Assembly (NCBI GenBank): GCA_043228905.1
Contig: JBHGNT010000001.1
Span: 23,188,001 to 23,252,000, forward strand
DNA length: 64,000 nt
Direction of reading: 5' to 3'
From: Azolla caroliniana
Taxonomy: Eukaryota; Plantae; Polypodiophyta
The translations under genes and the position numbers were made by a program. The notes beneath the pieces are model-generated. The model was not told where the DNA came from, did no database searches, and was given only the letters and a program-made list of their open reading frames with translations. Below are positions 14,355 through 26,370 of this stretch, in pieces. The number at the start of each line of letters is the position of its first letter. Position 1 is the first letter of the stretch.

Positions 14355-14890
14355 AAATATGAGTATATGATTACTTGACAAAATGTATATGCTTTCGTCT
14401 TTGTGAATTTTATATTTTGAGAAAATACCAGAAAGGAGGTTTGACCTCAAATTAGGAGCATAAAGTTTTAGGACATGGTTCTATTATTTATTGAGTTCAA
14501 ATAATCCATTTAATCCATTCTTTTCTCTGGAGTGCTGGCTTTTTTACTATACTAATAGCATGGGTAATTATGGGTCAACTTGTGCCTCTAGCTTGAACAC
14601 CAAACCTCGAATTGGGGATAGTTCGAATCTCTCTGGGCATGGACCTGAAAAGAGAAAATATGAGTATATGACTACTTGACAAGTGAATGGCTGTGCCATA
14701 TACTTGAGTATTGGCTGAAAAGTATATGACTACTATTCAGAGTAATGGCTGAATATATATGTTTTCATCTTTGTGAATTTTTTTATTTGAAAAAGTTTTA
14801 GGACATGGTTCGATTATTTATTTGAGTTCAAACAATCCATTTAATCCATTAATTTCTCTAGACGGCTTTCTTTTTATTATACTAACAGAA
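14355..14890. repeat. Imperfect local duplication downstream of TRAPPC8
   Basis: AAAGTTTTAGGACATGGTT...GAGTTCAAA.AATCCATTTAATCCATT at ~14460-14520 and ~14790-14850; AAATATGAGTATATGA.TACTTGACAA at ~14355 and ~14656. Confidence 0.75.
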
Positions 14891-16105
14891 TGGATGATTA
14901 TGACCAAATTGAGATATTGTAATAGTTGCAATATTTCTAGACCATAAATTGCTAATAATGGTTTAGGGTTTAGAAGTTTCCTAACTTCTATAACAAGTCT
15001 TGCAAATATGGGTTTCATGTAGTTCTTTTGATTCAAGTTGCTAATGAGTAGAATTGAATATACAGTAATTATGTCCCTTAACTAAAGATGGTCTTAATTT
15101 TAATTACAAATACATAGGTACACCTTAACACAAGAATTGATATGGAAAAGTTTGTTGATATAATTTTAAATTACAAATATCATGGATTACTAATGCTTAT
15201 TTAGGATTAGAAAAGGTCGGGCAATATAGCTATCTTGATAGATATTGGAAGAGCAACGTAAGAATTCCTTAGAATCTACATAAACTATAATTTTCTACAA
15301 AGGATCAAAAGTGGAATATAAATGGCAACCAAATTGATCTGTCGTTCAAGGTCTGAATACTTATTGATTTTTACATGACAATCTTTGATGTGGCATTCAT
15401 TGGTAATCTTTGCTTCTCTTTTTGTGTTTTAATGCTATGGGAAATGTTGTGTTCTTTGTTTTTAACGACCCTATAAGTCTTAATATTTTCAATATAAAAT
15501 ATTGGTCGTAAGGCCCATGTATGTACCAATCGAATATGTTCATTGTACGCATTTGTATCAACCTTTCCTAGCTTTGCGAAGGGGTTAATATCATTCTCCA
15601 CTCCCAACTACTTGGAATACTCAGATTTGTTATAATAGGGTCATACTATTGTTGTTGAGAATGGGCAACAAAAAAACATTAAGTAATAGATTACTTCATC
15701 GTAAGAGTGCAATACATCAATGGGATATTAATTCATTGGCAATTTAAATTAATATTTACGTAGAAAAGTGGATTTCCTTATAATGAGTATTCATTCCACT
15801 AAATATTGGGTTATCCTTGTGATTTAATAAAAACTCTTCTCTATCTATTGATTGAGTTTACCATTCAATAACATTTACACTAAATGATTATACCCATTTT
15901 ATTCGGTGTGTCAAAAGAAATCTCCCTCGATTATTTCCTCTCTATTAGTATTTGAGTTGTATTATTCTACTTTATTTTACTCGTACTTGATAGGGGCATT
16001 CAAGATTAAAATGTCATTAGTGTCAAGGCTCACGTATCTTACTTTGAACAGTAACCATTCAATAAAACATTAAATGATTTTTCTAATGTTTTTCTAAGTG
16101 AACCA

Positions 16106-16185
16106 TTCAATAAAACATTAAATAATTGTATGGTGGCGGGTGGCGCCTAGAATGGCTCCACCTCCCCTCCCAAAGGGGTTCAACA

Positions 16186-16233
<48 letters not shown>

Positions 16234-16492
16234 GAGAGAACTCTTCATATTTCATTCATTCCCCATAAGGGGTTTAAATAGTACAATGAGGGGTTCTATA
16301 CATACGGGTGCATGCCCCTTTAGCCATCCACACATATCACTCACTCACACCCTTTCCTATTTGTCCACACTTACGCATATACTCATAGTTACACTCACAC
16401 TCATAATCGTATACATTACACATTCACAGAACACTATAATCTTTCACCCTCACTCATAACACTCAAATCTCCGTACATCTCGTATGGTAACA
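16106..16492 (-). mobile_element. LTR-like insertion within the degenerate Gypsy
   Basis: Interrupts the host GTGAACC|ACCACATGGG; AACCA at 16101-16105 and 16493-16497; TGTATGG at 16127 and GGTAACA end at 16492; contains (GA)n and a minus-strand TATA-like TTTAAATAG. Confidence 0.5.
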
Positions 16493-18131
16493 AACCACCA
16501 CATGGGTTATACCTCCTAAATGTAATGTAGACCATCGTATAGATTTGTTACTTGTGGTTGCACAATAAATATATCTTTGTATCAAATGAGTTGTTTCGAA
16601 GAGAATAAAGTGACAATTGAGAATTCAAATCCATTGCCATAAGGAAATGGCTTGATTGGATGTCTCTAAGGAGCTCGATATTTCTCAAAATCTGATCTCC
16701 ATATAAGCTACCATCAAGTTCATATAAGTGAGGATGATATTCCTAAAACAAAATTTTGAATGCACAAGGACCATTATGAGTTTTTATCATGCCTTTTGGT
16801 TTGTCCATTGTTCCGATCACATTTCAACAAGAAGTGAATGACATGTTTCGAGAATAACTTGGAAAATTCGTCATTATTTTCTTGGATGATATTCTAGTTT
16901 ATTGTCGTAAATTGGAAGAACATGGTAAACATGTCTACTTTGTTCTACAAATATTGCATGAAAAATAGTTTTATGCGAAGATCTAGAAATGGGAGTTCTT
17001 CAAAAAATCAATTACATATCTCAGATATCTCATAATCGAATGAGTCGAAATTGATTCGTCTTGCATTGAGAAAGTCACACTTTGGCCCACTCTTAAAAAA
17101 TTTCAAGAAGTTCAATCATTCCTTGGTTTTGTGAGGTTTTTACGAAAATATCTTCGTAATTACTCCCAATTGATGATCCAGTTTACTGATATTCTTAAAG
17201 TTCACATCCGCAAGTCTACAAAACTGATAATATGGATTGTTACTTTAGACCTTGTTTTTAAGATGCTAAAGGAACATGTGAGAAATTCTCCTTCGCTTCT
17301 TTTATTATATCTTTCAAAACCTTTTCAGGTTGAAACCGATCCACGTGATTCTATAGGTGTTATTCTATATCAAGATGGTAAATCTATAACATTTAAGAGT
17401 AAGAAACTTGATCCTAATCATTGTGGGTATACCTTCCAAGAAAAGAAATTATTTGCATTTATCTAGGCACTAAGGTCGTGTCACAACTATCTTTATGGAA
17501 AAAGTTTTATAGTAACTTTAGGCGACGAGTTCTTGAAACATTTTTGTGACCAAAAGACCTTTTGGGTTGTAAGCCTGATGGGCAAATCTTATCTAGAACT
17601 TTGATTTTTCCATAAGATATCGAAAGTGTTCCATGAAAGTTGATCATAAAGATCTGATGTTATTTTAGTGAAACTAAGCATGTTAACTTCACAGATGTGA
17701 CTAAGTGCATCAATATCCAAGTGAAAAAAAATGTTTTGCAAAAGATTGGACAAGAGTTGAGTCTAGAATAAACATCACCACACCCTCGAAGGGATCCTTC
17801 CACATTGCTAGGTCTGCTTTACTATAGTAAGAATGTTTATGTTCTAAATTGTCCTAAGGTAAAAAAGAATTCTTTTTTAATGCCACGATGCACCCTTAAC
17901 AACACACCCTAGAATAAATCACACACTCATTCTTATCTCTACTCAATTCTATTGGCCTAAGATGTGTCCTGGCATACATAACTATGTGACTAAAATGTCA
18001 CCAATGTTAGGTTAACAAAGCCAAGTGGCTTAAAGTCGTGGGACTTTTACATCCCTTGGACATTCCCAATAATAAATGGGAAAGTATATCCATGAATTTT
18101 ATTGTTAGCCTTTCTTGCACCCAAAAAGGTC

Positions 18132-18483
18132 TTTTTTTTTTTTCACAAAAACTATACTCCATTGGCATTAAAATTAGCAATGCCAAAGGCAATCTACAAT
18201 TTGTACATAATAGTTTCCACTCCACAAGTGTCTATAAAAAAAACAAAAACAAATATAAACGATGGCCTTTGGCAAGATAAGGCTAATTATATCCATGAAA
18301 ACTCTCTCAGCCTTTGCCAACAAGACCCATTCTCAACCTATAAACAAATTCTTGCGGTCCAAGAGAATACATATCTTTACATATCTTGGTGGTAATCCTA
18401 GTCAACATATCACGGTCGTCCACCTTGGCTAGTAGTCTAAAAACTCCATGTATGCCTTTGATTCCGCCTATACTGGAGTTGTT
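18132..18483 (-). mobile_element. 5'-truncated poly(A) retro-insertion (LINE 3' end or retrocopy) with 14-bp TSD
   Basis: Exact direct repeat CACCCAAAAAGGTC at 18118-18131 and 18484-18497; T12 tract at 18132-18143 (poly(A) on the minus strand). Host integrase sequence resumes after the second repeat. Confidence 0.85.
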
Positions 18484-18799
18484 CACCCAAAAAGGTCATT
18501 AAGTCATTTGGGTAGTAGTTGATGGACTAACTAAAGTGGTCAAGTTTATTACTACTAAAATCATAGTAATAACTTCTAAATTGACTTATCAATTTGTTCA
18601 TGAGTTATTTCATTTTTATGGGTTACCAATGGATATTGCGTGTGATTGAGATTCAAAGTTTACGAGTGACTTTTGGACACAAGTCTTCAAGTAGTTAGAA
18701 ACTAACTTGAGCATTAGCTCCATGGACCATCCTCAATTCGATGGACAGTTAGAACAAGTAAATCGTTGAATGCACGAGAATGTGAACTGTAATTAGACG

Positions 18800-19545
18800 T
18801 GTCCTCAAAATAACTTAATATTAGCTATGCAAAAAGCTAACATTTATCTTATTCCTGTTATCAATGTCAATAAGCTAAGATAACTCAGTGTTAGTTTTCC
18901 TAGCTATTAGTCATTAGCTACAACTATTGAATTTGTTAATTACAGTACATTACTGATAAGCTAGTGGCCATAACTAGTTAACCTTTAAAAGCTAATATGC
19001 TATTTATATTACAATAGCTACTAGTCATAGCTAATTAGCTATGCAGCAAAACACATTATTCAATAGCTAATAACTACATCAACTAGTAGTCATAGTTATG
19101 TAACTACTAAAAACTAATAAGCTATTTACATTACCATAATTACTCACCACAATTTTACATTACTGTAGCTACTAGCCACAACTAATTAGCTAAGAAGAAA
19201 AACACTCTATTCAATGGATAATTAGTTGGATACCTTAGTTAAAATAGCTTATTAACTATTGATAACTATAAGCTAGTTAGACAATCGGCTTTTAGTTAGA
19301 GCTAATTAGCTACCACTAGCTAATAAGATAATACAAACTTATGCTCTTCATTAACTACAAGCTACATCAGTTAGTAGTTAGAGCTAATAAGCTAGTAACT
19401 ATAACTAGTTACACTACATTAGCTTTTATTCATAACTAATTAGCTACATCAGTTAGTAACTATAGCTAATCAACTACTAATGACTATACTAGTTACACTC
19501 CAATAGCTTTTATTCATACATCAATAGCTACCAATATTTATAAGA
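18800..19545. repeat. AGCTA/TAGCT/TAACTA-rich degenerate short-repeat array (possible subterminal region of a DNA transposon)
   Basis: Dozens of AGCTA, TAGCTA and AACTA motifs over ~750 bp, directly upstream of the transposase-like relic. Confidence 0.7.
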
Positions 19546-19639
19546 TATTTAACTTCATACCCTTTTCGACACAACTAATTAACAAAGGTGCAAATTACAC
19601 AATCACCAATTGGCTATCTCACACTAACCTTTTCTTTTA

Positions 19640-20438
19640 CACAAGTTGATTTATTTATTAGGTTTAAGCAAATGCATCCAACAATCAAATTTAAACTATG
19701 AACATTCGAGTCTCTTAAACCATTTTTTATGAAATGCTTGAAGGATTGATTCACATGTTGTTGCATTTACCGCGTACAAATGGATTATCTTAAGGATTCA
19801 AATAACCTATTCTATCACTATAACTCCACAATTCAGGATGTGGTATGCACTTGTGAATGTCCAATTTGTCAATCTAACCGTACATAAGAATGCAAGGTAT
19901 CAAAGCATGTTTACAGATCAATGACTAGACTTTTAGATTCAATATTGTGTCCTCGAGGATTTGAGACGGTCTACCACTATTATAAGTGTATTGTGGGTAT
20001 ATGTTTAGATTGTGGTCTTGCTAGATTTATGTGGTGTCCAAAAGAGTTAAGTAGTGAAATTTTAATCCCCGTAAACTTGTTTGTAAATGTTAAGACAACT
20101 TATAAAGGCAAGGAGTGTAAACGAAATGATTTAGTCAAAACGTTTCTCAAACCAAGAGATTTGTCTTCTTTTTTTAGTATCTCTAACAAAGTTAATTAAG
20201 CACAACTTCATTTACTTATAGCAAGCCAACCAAAATTCAAGACTTGTATATCGTATTTTCCAAACAACAAAGTCATCTCAATAGTAGATTTTGTAAAATA
20301 TTATACTTTAAAGGAGCAAAATGAAATTCAATTCATGCACTTGTGGTTAGTATAGATAACAATTTATGGTCATTTAACTTATTATCGAGTTTCAGGTGAT
20401 GTAAAGAAAGTAATTCATTTCTTTATATCTGATGATAA
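19640..20438 (+). mobile_element. Degenerate DNA-transposase relic (Sola-like, DFxENY...QxEIQSxHW-type motif)
   Basis: Translates in pieces to FESLKPFFMK..KD.FTCCCIY, a Cys-rich segment (CTCECPIC...LCP...KCIVGICLDCG) and IVDFVKYYTLKEQNEIQFMHLW. Cut off at 20439 by a Copia LTR. Superfamily assignment is from recalled motif similarity only. Confidence 0.45.
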
Positions 20439-22835
20439 TGTTGAGAAGCAAGCTCAACATGGGCCGGATCAGCTAAATAAGCCAAGAGCCGGATTAGATG
20501 AGGACCGATCGGCTAGGCCTGGATTGGCTGAAGAAGCTGGGAGTTGGAGGTGGAGAGCCGGATTGGCGGGGAGCCGGTAGGCCATCTCCCCACCAGGCCA
20601 TTAGAGGCCTACGCTCCTAGTTTACTAGGTAGTTACATTTTTGGGAGTTTGTTTCAGTAGCTCATTTATGAGCATTGAAGTACTTGTCAGTCCTTTGAGG
20701 ACTTGTATAAAAGTGCTCTCTGAGCGCATTGTATGTACACAGAGCATATATTTTTTGAATAGAGTTTCTTGAGTCTTCAACTCTCTCTATCTCTCCCGTG
20801 TTCTGTATATCTCCATTTTTCTGTGTTTTCTCTATTGCTGTTTGACTGAGTCGATTGTGTCCTGTTTTACCTTCCACACTTATCTTTACATGGTATCAGA
20901 GCATGAGGGTTGAGAATCCTCTACTGCCAACAAGTGTTTCAACACAAACAAACCTCTAATCCCTGGACAAGTGCAGACAAATAGAAGAAAATGGACATAG
21001 GAATGGGCCATGCTTTTCTGACAAAGAAATTGGACAAAAGCAACTACGCGTCTTGGGAGTACAAGATGCACCAGTACCTACTTGGGCATGGCTACTGGAG
21101 TTACATCCATGGAGAAAATGAAGTAGCGCCAGAATTGACACACAAGGATTTTCTAGCATGGGAACATGCGACAAGTAGAGTATTGTACTGTCTTACGTCT
21201 TGTGTGCACGATTAGACGTTGGGCTACATTCAGAATGCAAAGACACCAAAGGAAGCTTGGGAAAATCTGAAGAAGATTTTCGCCGCGAGTACCACGACCT
21301 ACAAGTTGGAGCTTCGCCAAGAGCTCAACAATATCTGATAGAGGGATATGACAGTGACCAACTACACTACGAAGATTGTTACTCCCTCCCGGAGAAACAC
21401 CTTCGATTACCCCTCTTGAGTAATCGGGTCAAGGTCTTGTGGTGCAAAGGAGAGTTGGGGGGTCATGGCGTCCTACCGAGATTGTTAACCAAGTCATTAC
21501 GGGGTATATGACATCCTGAGACCCGTGATCGTTATTTAGACTGTCCCATTTGGGGTGGGATCACGACCGGAGAAATAAGAAGGCTATGTTGTGGGATCGC
21601 CCACAACCGATCCTTATATACGTCCTTTACACAGACCGAACTTGGTATATATATATATGTATATATGAAATAGAGATGAGACAGAACACTGAAGTTACCC
21701 ACAAGATCTATATATATTTGATTAAAGTGTAGCATACAATTACAAGTACCAAGAATATACGGTAACACTCACTCACTCTCTATCAGTCTATTCCTATTGG
21801 TCCTCTATATCTCCCCCCTTCTGTGTTCACTAATCCCCGATATACATAGCTTCCTTCTGCTTGGCGCTTTCCATCGGTTCCTTCCTTGATATTCGGCTTC
21901 CCTTGTTTTGGTTGTTAGTGTTGAGCTCCCTTTGGTTCGATTCACACTTGTCCCACCGGGTAACAAAGATCAAGGAAATCTGTGATGCCTTGGGGTCCAT
22001 CAATGTGACGGTGGACGAGGACAAAATGGTGGAGCTTTGCCTTGGTGGTCTATCTCAAAGGTACGGGCCGATCCGGACGGCTATTTGCACGAGGAGAAAC
22101 CATCATCGTTTTTCGACCTACAATCAATGCTTATGGTTGAAGAAAACCACGTAGTGCGTCAAGGAGCATGCAACCTGATAGCCAAATGTTGTACACGGAG
22201 GTGGATAGGCTCCGTGGTTGTGGAGAACGTGGTGGATCGACACGCAATGGTGGTGACCGACAAGAGTTGAATCAGAGGCATAATCGAAATGCCAACAACA
22301 ATTCCAAACCCTCCACGAGCAAGGGAAGTCAAGGCAGTGCCGGAAACCGGCACGCCACAGAGAAAGCGAGCGCTGGAAGAAGAAGGCTAAGTCGAACAAA
22401 TCTGAATCGAGAAAGCCGAACAAAGAAACCGGCTCTGGAGGAGCAAGAACGTGCCCAACCTTTCTGATGAAGCACAAGGCCAACATGATGAAGATGAGCA
22501 CCTCGAAGCCAAACGAGGTGTGGTATGTGGATTTTGGTGCATCCAACCACATGAGAAGCCATGAAGAATGGTTCTCACATCTTGAAAAGCTAAAACAGTC
22601 AGGGGTCATCGAAACCAGCGACAACACCTCTCATCCAATCGAGCACATTGGAGATGTCCCACTCAACCATGTCGGCCAGAAAGGACGGCTAAGGAATGTC
22701 TTGCACGTCCCGACGATCACCAAGAACTTGGTGTCAGTCGGTTAGATCATAGATCAGGGAATGCAGGTCCGGTTCACTCATCTCGGATGCTTAATCGAAG
22801 AAGAAGGCTAAATAATCGCGCAAGGGCACCGGGAA
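20439..22835 (+). mobile_element. Truncated Ty1/Copia element: 5' LTR 20439-20890, PBS, gag, protease
   Basis: LTR TGTTGAG...TTTACA followed by the tRNA-iMet PBS TGGTATCAGAGC (20891-20902). Gag motifs LDKSNYASWEYKM, TPKEAWENLKKIF; protease WYVDFGASNHM...NVLHVPTITKNLVSV. Stops before integrase. Confidence 0.9.
21377..21965 (+). mobile_element. Solo LTR (589 bp) nested in the Copia gag
   Basis: Inverted termini TGTTAC...GTAACA; 5-bp TSD AAGAT at 21372-21376 and 21966-21970; gag reading (TTKI|KEICDAL) resumes after it. Confidence 0.9.
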
Positions 22836-23317
22836 GTGAAACACTATTTTTCGTTTGTAAACTCTTGTTTGCAAAGGAAACTTGAAATATGAGCTTGTTG
22901 ACAAAAGCCTATTAGTTTGACACTCTCGAGATGGGCCACCGGGGGTGTTATGTTAAAAAGAGGATAGATAGTATATGGAGGCGTGGGTATTCCTAATGTT
23001 TTCCATATCCATTTTGAATTGATTAAGGTTGTGTCATGATAATGATCATGATCATGATCATGGCCGTATCCTGCGCACCAGGAGTATTTCAGAGATCTTA
23101 CCAAGAGGGTAAGTATCTTCTTCTGCTCCTCATTGTGCTCTCTCGTTTTTCATTCATGAACAAACACAGACGCCCTTGTGTATTGATTCATTCTATAACC
23201 CACTTTGGATCCAACTCAAATTAGAAGACGAAGAAGAAAAAGAAGCAGAATCAGATCACACGAATTGATATTTAGAATCTTAAGTCAAGCTGAATCTTTG
23301 AGGAGATTTCCTCTGAT

Positions 23318-25912
23318 ATGGAATGTATCAAGCTGAATCTCGAGGAAATTCCCTTGCTTCAGTTTGGGGATCGGTCCCATCTTTTAGATTTGATCAAATC
23401 ATGTGGAAAAGATAAGGATTTCTGCAAAATCACAAGGATCCACGCTGATATTGTGAGTAAAAGAGACTTGATTAGAAGAGATGTTTATATTGGAATTGCC
23501 TTGATTCGAACCTATGCAAAATGTGGGTCTCTAGAAAAAGCAAAAGAAGTATTCGAACAAATTCCCATAAGGAATGTTAGGGTGTGGAATGCATTGATTG
23601 TCGGATATTCTCAACATCGGAGAGGACATGAAGCATTGAGATTCTTTGAAAGAATGCAAGATGAGGGTATAGCACCTGATGCTGTGACCTATGTTTGTGC
23701 TTTGAAAGCTTGCGGTATTGTGAAGAACCTTAAGCTTGGAGAAGATATTGAGGCTCAAATAAGGAGAAAAAGATTATTGGAGAAGGATATTGTTCTTGGA
23801 AATACATTAGTAGACATGTACGCAAAGTGTGGCTCTCTTAAAAGGGCTCGAAAAGTATTCGACCAACTTCTTATGCGAGATGTTGTGTCTTGGAATGCAT
23901 TGATTGCTGGATATTCTCATCACGGATTTGGTGATGAAGCTTTAAAATGTTTTACACAGATGCAAGACGAGGGAATTCCTCCGGATATAGTAACTTATAT
24001 TTGTAGCTTGAAAGCTTGTGGCATCATAAGGTCTCTTGGTATAGGAGAATACATAGCCAACGAGGTGAGGGATAAAGGGTTACTGCAGAAAGACATTATG
24101 TTGGGTACTGCATTAGTAGACATGTTTGCTAAGTGTGGGGCACTTGTGAAAGCTCAAGAAGTGTTTGAAGAATTTAGGAAAATGCAAAATGTTGCAACTT
24201 GGAATGCAATGATTACAGGATATGCCCAACATGGGTTTGGTTTTGAAGCCCTAAATTGCTTCAAGCAAATGAAAAGTGAGGGAATCTCTCCAAATGCAAT
24301 AACATATATCTGTATTTTGAAAGCTTGTGGTCTTGTAGGATGTTTGGATATGGGAGAAGTAGTAGCTAGTGAAGTTAGAGAGAAAGGCATGTGGCAAAAC
24401 AATGTCATGCTTGGCACTGCTTTAGTAGACATGTATGCCAAGTATGGAGCACTTGAAAAAGCACAAGAAATATTTGAACAACTTCCAGCACGAAATGTTG
24501 TGTCATGGAATGCATTGATAGCTGGATATGTCCAACATGGCCTCAGTGATGAAGCCCTACAATGTTTCAGGAAAATGCAAGATGAGGGAATTCCCCCTAG
24601 TTCAGTAACTTACATATGCATTTCAAAAGCTTGTGGAGTTGTAGGATCACTCGAAATTGGCGAAATAATAGATGCTGATGTGAGAAAACAAGGATTATTG
24701 CAAAAAGACGTTGTTCTTGGTACTGCATTATTAGATATGTATGCTAAATGTGGCGAGCTTGTAAAAGCACGCGAAGTGTTTGATTTTCTTGCCATTAGGG
24801 ATGTTGTTGCTTGGACAGCATTAATATCTGGGTATGCCCAGCATGGATTTGGTGATGAAGCTTTGATATGCTTCCGGCAGATGCAAGATGAGGGTCTTTC
24901 TCCACATGCTGTAACTTTTATTTCCATCTTGAGAGTTTGTGTTACAGAAAGATCTTTTAAGATTGTGGATGCTATAAATGCTGAGGTGAGAAAGGAAGGG
25001 TTATTACAAAGAGACCTCATGCTTGGCAATACATTAGTAGATACATATGCAAAATCTGGTGCGTTTGACAAGGCAAGAGAAGTATTTGAGCATCTTCCAG
25101 TGAGGGATGTTGTGTCTTGGACTGCCTTGATAGCAGGATATACCGAGTACAAGCTTGGTGATGAAGCCTTGAAATGTTTTGGCCAAATGCGAGATGAGGG
25201 AGTTTCTCCTGATGCGATGACTTATAATTGTGTTTTAAAGGCTTGTGGCATTATAGGATCTCTTCAAATCGGGGAAGACATAGATGCTGAGGTCAGAAAA
25301 CGTGGGTTATTGCATAAAGACCTTGTTCTCGGCAATACATTGGTAGATATGTATGCAAAGTGTGGTGCAATTGAAAAGTCACGAGCAGTGTTCGAGCAGC
25401 TTGAAGTGCAAGATATTGTATCATGGACTGCCTTGATGGCAGGTTATGCTCAGCTTGGAGAAGCCCAAGCAGTTCTAGAACTCTTCAATAAAATGAAGGC
25501 AAATGGTGTGATGCCGACATTAGTTACTTTTCTTGTTTCACTAACCGCATGCAGTCATGCGGGGTTATTGTTGGAGGGAGAAAAGCTTTTTGATGATATG
25601 TGTGTTGTTTATGGTCTTTCTCCTACACTAGATCACTACACATGTATGATTGATCTCTTAGGCCGTGCTGGACACCTTGACAAGGCTAAGGTTTTACTTG
25701 ATAAGGTGCAATCTTCTGACCATCTTCCATTATTGTTGGCTATAATGAGTGCTTGTTACAAATGGGTAAACTTGGAACTAGGAAGATGGGCCTTTGAGCA
25801 ATCACTACAGCTGGATAAAAATTGTGCCTCTGCATTTGTCTCCATGAAAAATATATATGCAGCAGTTGGCATGCTGACTGAGGCAAATGAAAACTGTGGT
25901 TTAAAGAGATGA
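23318..25912 (+). CDS. PLS-class pentatricopeptide repeat protein with truncated E domain and no DYW (candidate organellar RNA-editing specificity factor)
   Basis: Intronless 864-aa ORF with about seven P-L-S triplets (VVSWNALIAGY, TYICxLKACG, LGTALVDMYAKCG), the P2-L2-S2 end (LTACSHAGL...HYTCMIDLLGRAG) and an E1/partial E2 region ending ...MKNIYAAVGM. Confidence 0.95.
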   Translation: MECIKLNLEEIPLLQFGDRSHLLDLIKSCGKDKDFCKITRIHADIVSKRDLIRRDVYIGIALIRTYAKCGSLEKAKEVFEQIPIRNVRVWNALIVGYSQHRRGHEALRFFERMQDEGIAPDAVTYVCALKACGIVKNLKLGEDIEAQIRRKRLLEKDIVLGNTLVDMYAKCGSLKRARKVFDQLLMRDVVSWNALIAGYSHHGFGDEALKCFTQMQDEGIPPDIVTYICSLKACGIIRSLGIGEYIANEVRDKGLLQKDIMLGTALVDMFAKCGALVKAQEVFEEFRKMQNVATWNAMITGYAQHGFGFEALNCFKQMKSEGISPNAITYICILKACGLVGCLDMGEVVASEVREKGMWQNNVMLGTALVDMYAKYGALEKAQEIFEQLPARNVVSWNALIAGYVQHGLSDEALQCFRKMQDEGIPPSSVTYICISKACGVVGSLEIGEIIDADVRKQGLLQKDVVLGTALLDMYAKCGELVKAREVFDFLAIRDVVAWTALISGYAQHGFGDEALICFRQMQDEGLSPHAVTFISILRVCVTERSFKIVDAINAEVRKEGLLQRDLMLGNTLVDTYAKSGAFDKAREVFEHLPVRDVVSWTALIAGYTEYKLGDEALKCFGQMRDEGVSPDAMTYNCVLKACGIIGSLQIGEDIDAEVRKRGLLHKDLVLGNTLVDMYAKCGAIEKSRAVFEQLEVQDIVSWTALMAGYAQLGEAQAVLELFNKMKANGVMPTLVTFLVSLTACSHAGLLLEGEKLFDDMCVVYGLSPTLDHYTCMIDLLGRAGHLDKAKVLLDKVQSSDHLPLLLAIMSACYKWVNLELGRWAFEQSLQLDKNCASAFVSMKNIYAAVGMLTEANENCGLKR

Positions 25913-25949
25913 AACATGAGCATGGAAAATGCAAGCAATAAATCCTGAA

Positions 25950-26370
25950 TGGATTAAGAACTATGATGCTAAGCTTCAAACTCCTTTAAGGATGATGAAC
26001 AGAATGCCTTAACCCCAAAACAAGTTTAAGGATGTCAACACCAAACCCAACCCTACCAAATTCAAGGACGATGATGCTAAGCCTTAAAACTCCAAGCTGA
26101 AAGATAACAATGCTAAATTCAGTGGATGTCAATCCTAAATCTCAAGTTGCTAGATGCTACACATTTATTGGATTTAGAACTGTGATGCTAAGGTTCAAAC
26201 TCCTTTAAGGATTATGAACAGAATGCCTTAACCCCAGAACAAGTTTAAGGATGTCAACACCAAACCCAACCCTACCAAATTCAAGGACGACGATACTAAG
26301 CCTTGAACTCCAAACTGGTCCAAAGAGAACAATGCTAAGTTCAGTGGATGTCAATGCTAAATCTCAACTT
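25950..26370. repeat. Tandem duplication, 2 x ~219 bp, downstream of the PPR stop
   Basis: GGATT.AGAACT.TGATGCTAAG.TTCAAACTCCTTTAAGGAT...GTGGATGTCAAT.CTAAATCTCAA at ~25950 and ~26169; each copy is built of shorter AAGGA(T/C)G-headed subunits. Confidence 0.85.

Larger units (their letters stand above)
15550..18765 (+). mobile_element. Heavily degenerate Ty3/Gypsy pol (PR-RT-RH-INT), same family as 31810-40125; own LTRs not visible
   Basis: Colinear with 36300-38900 (GACCATCGTATAGAT; GTCATTATTTTCTTGGATGATATTCTAGTTTAT = VIIFLDDILVY; CCATGGACCATCCTCAAT...GATGGACAG). Many stops and frameshifts. Confidence 0.9.

Noticed and set aside
23036-23108. Upstream exon supplying a PPR transit peptide
   Set aside because: Splicing from the 23108 donor to the AGs at 23224, 23275 or 23284 meets stop codons before ATG 23318.
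23531-25979. Antisense ORFs over the PPR gene
   Set aside because: Shadow frames of a repetitive coding sequence with no independent features.
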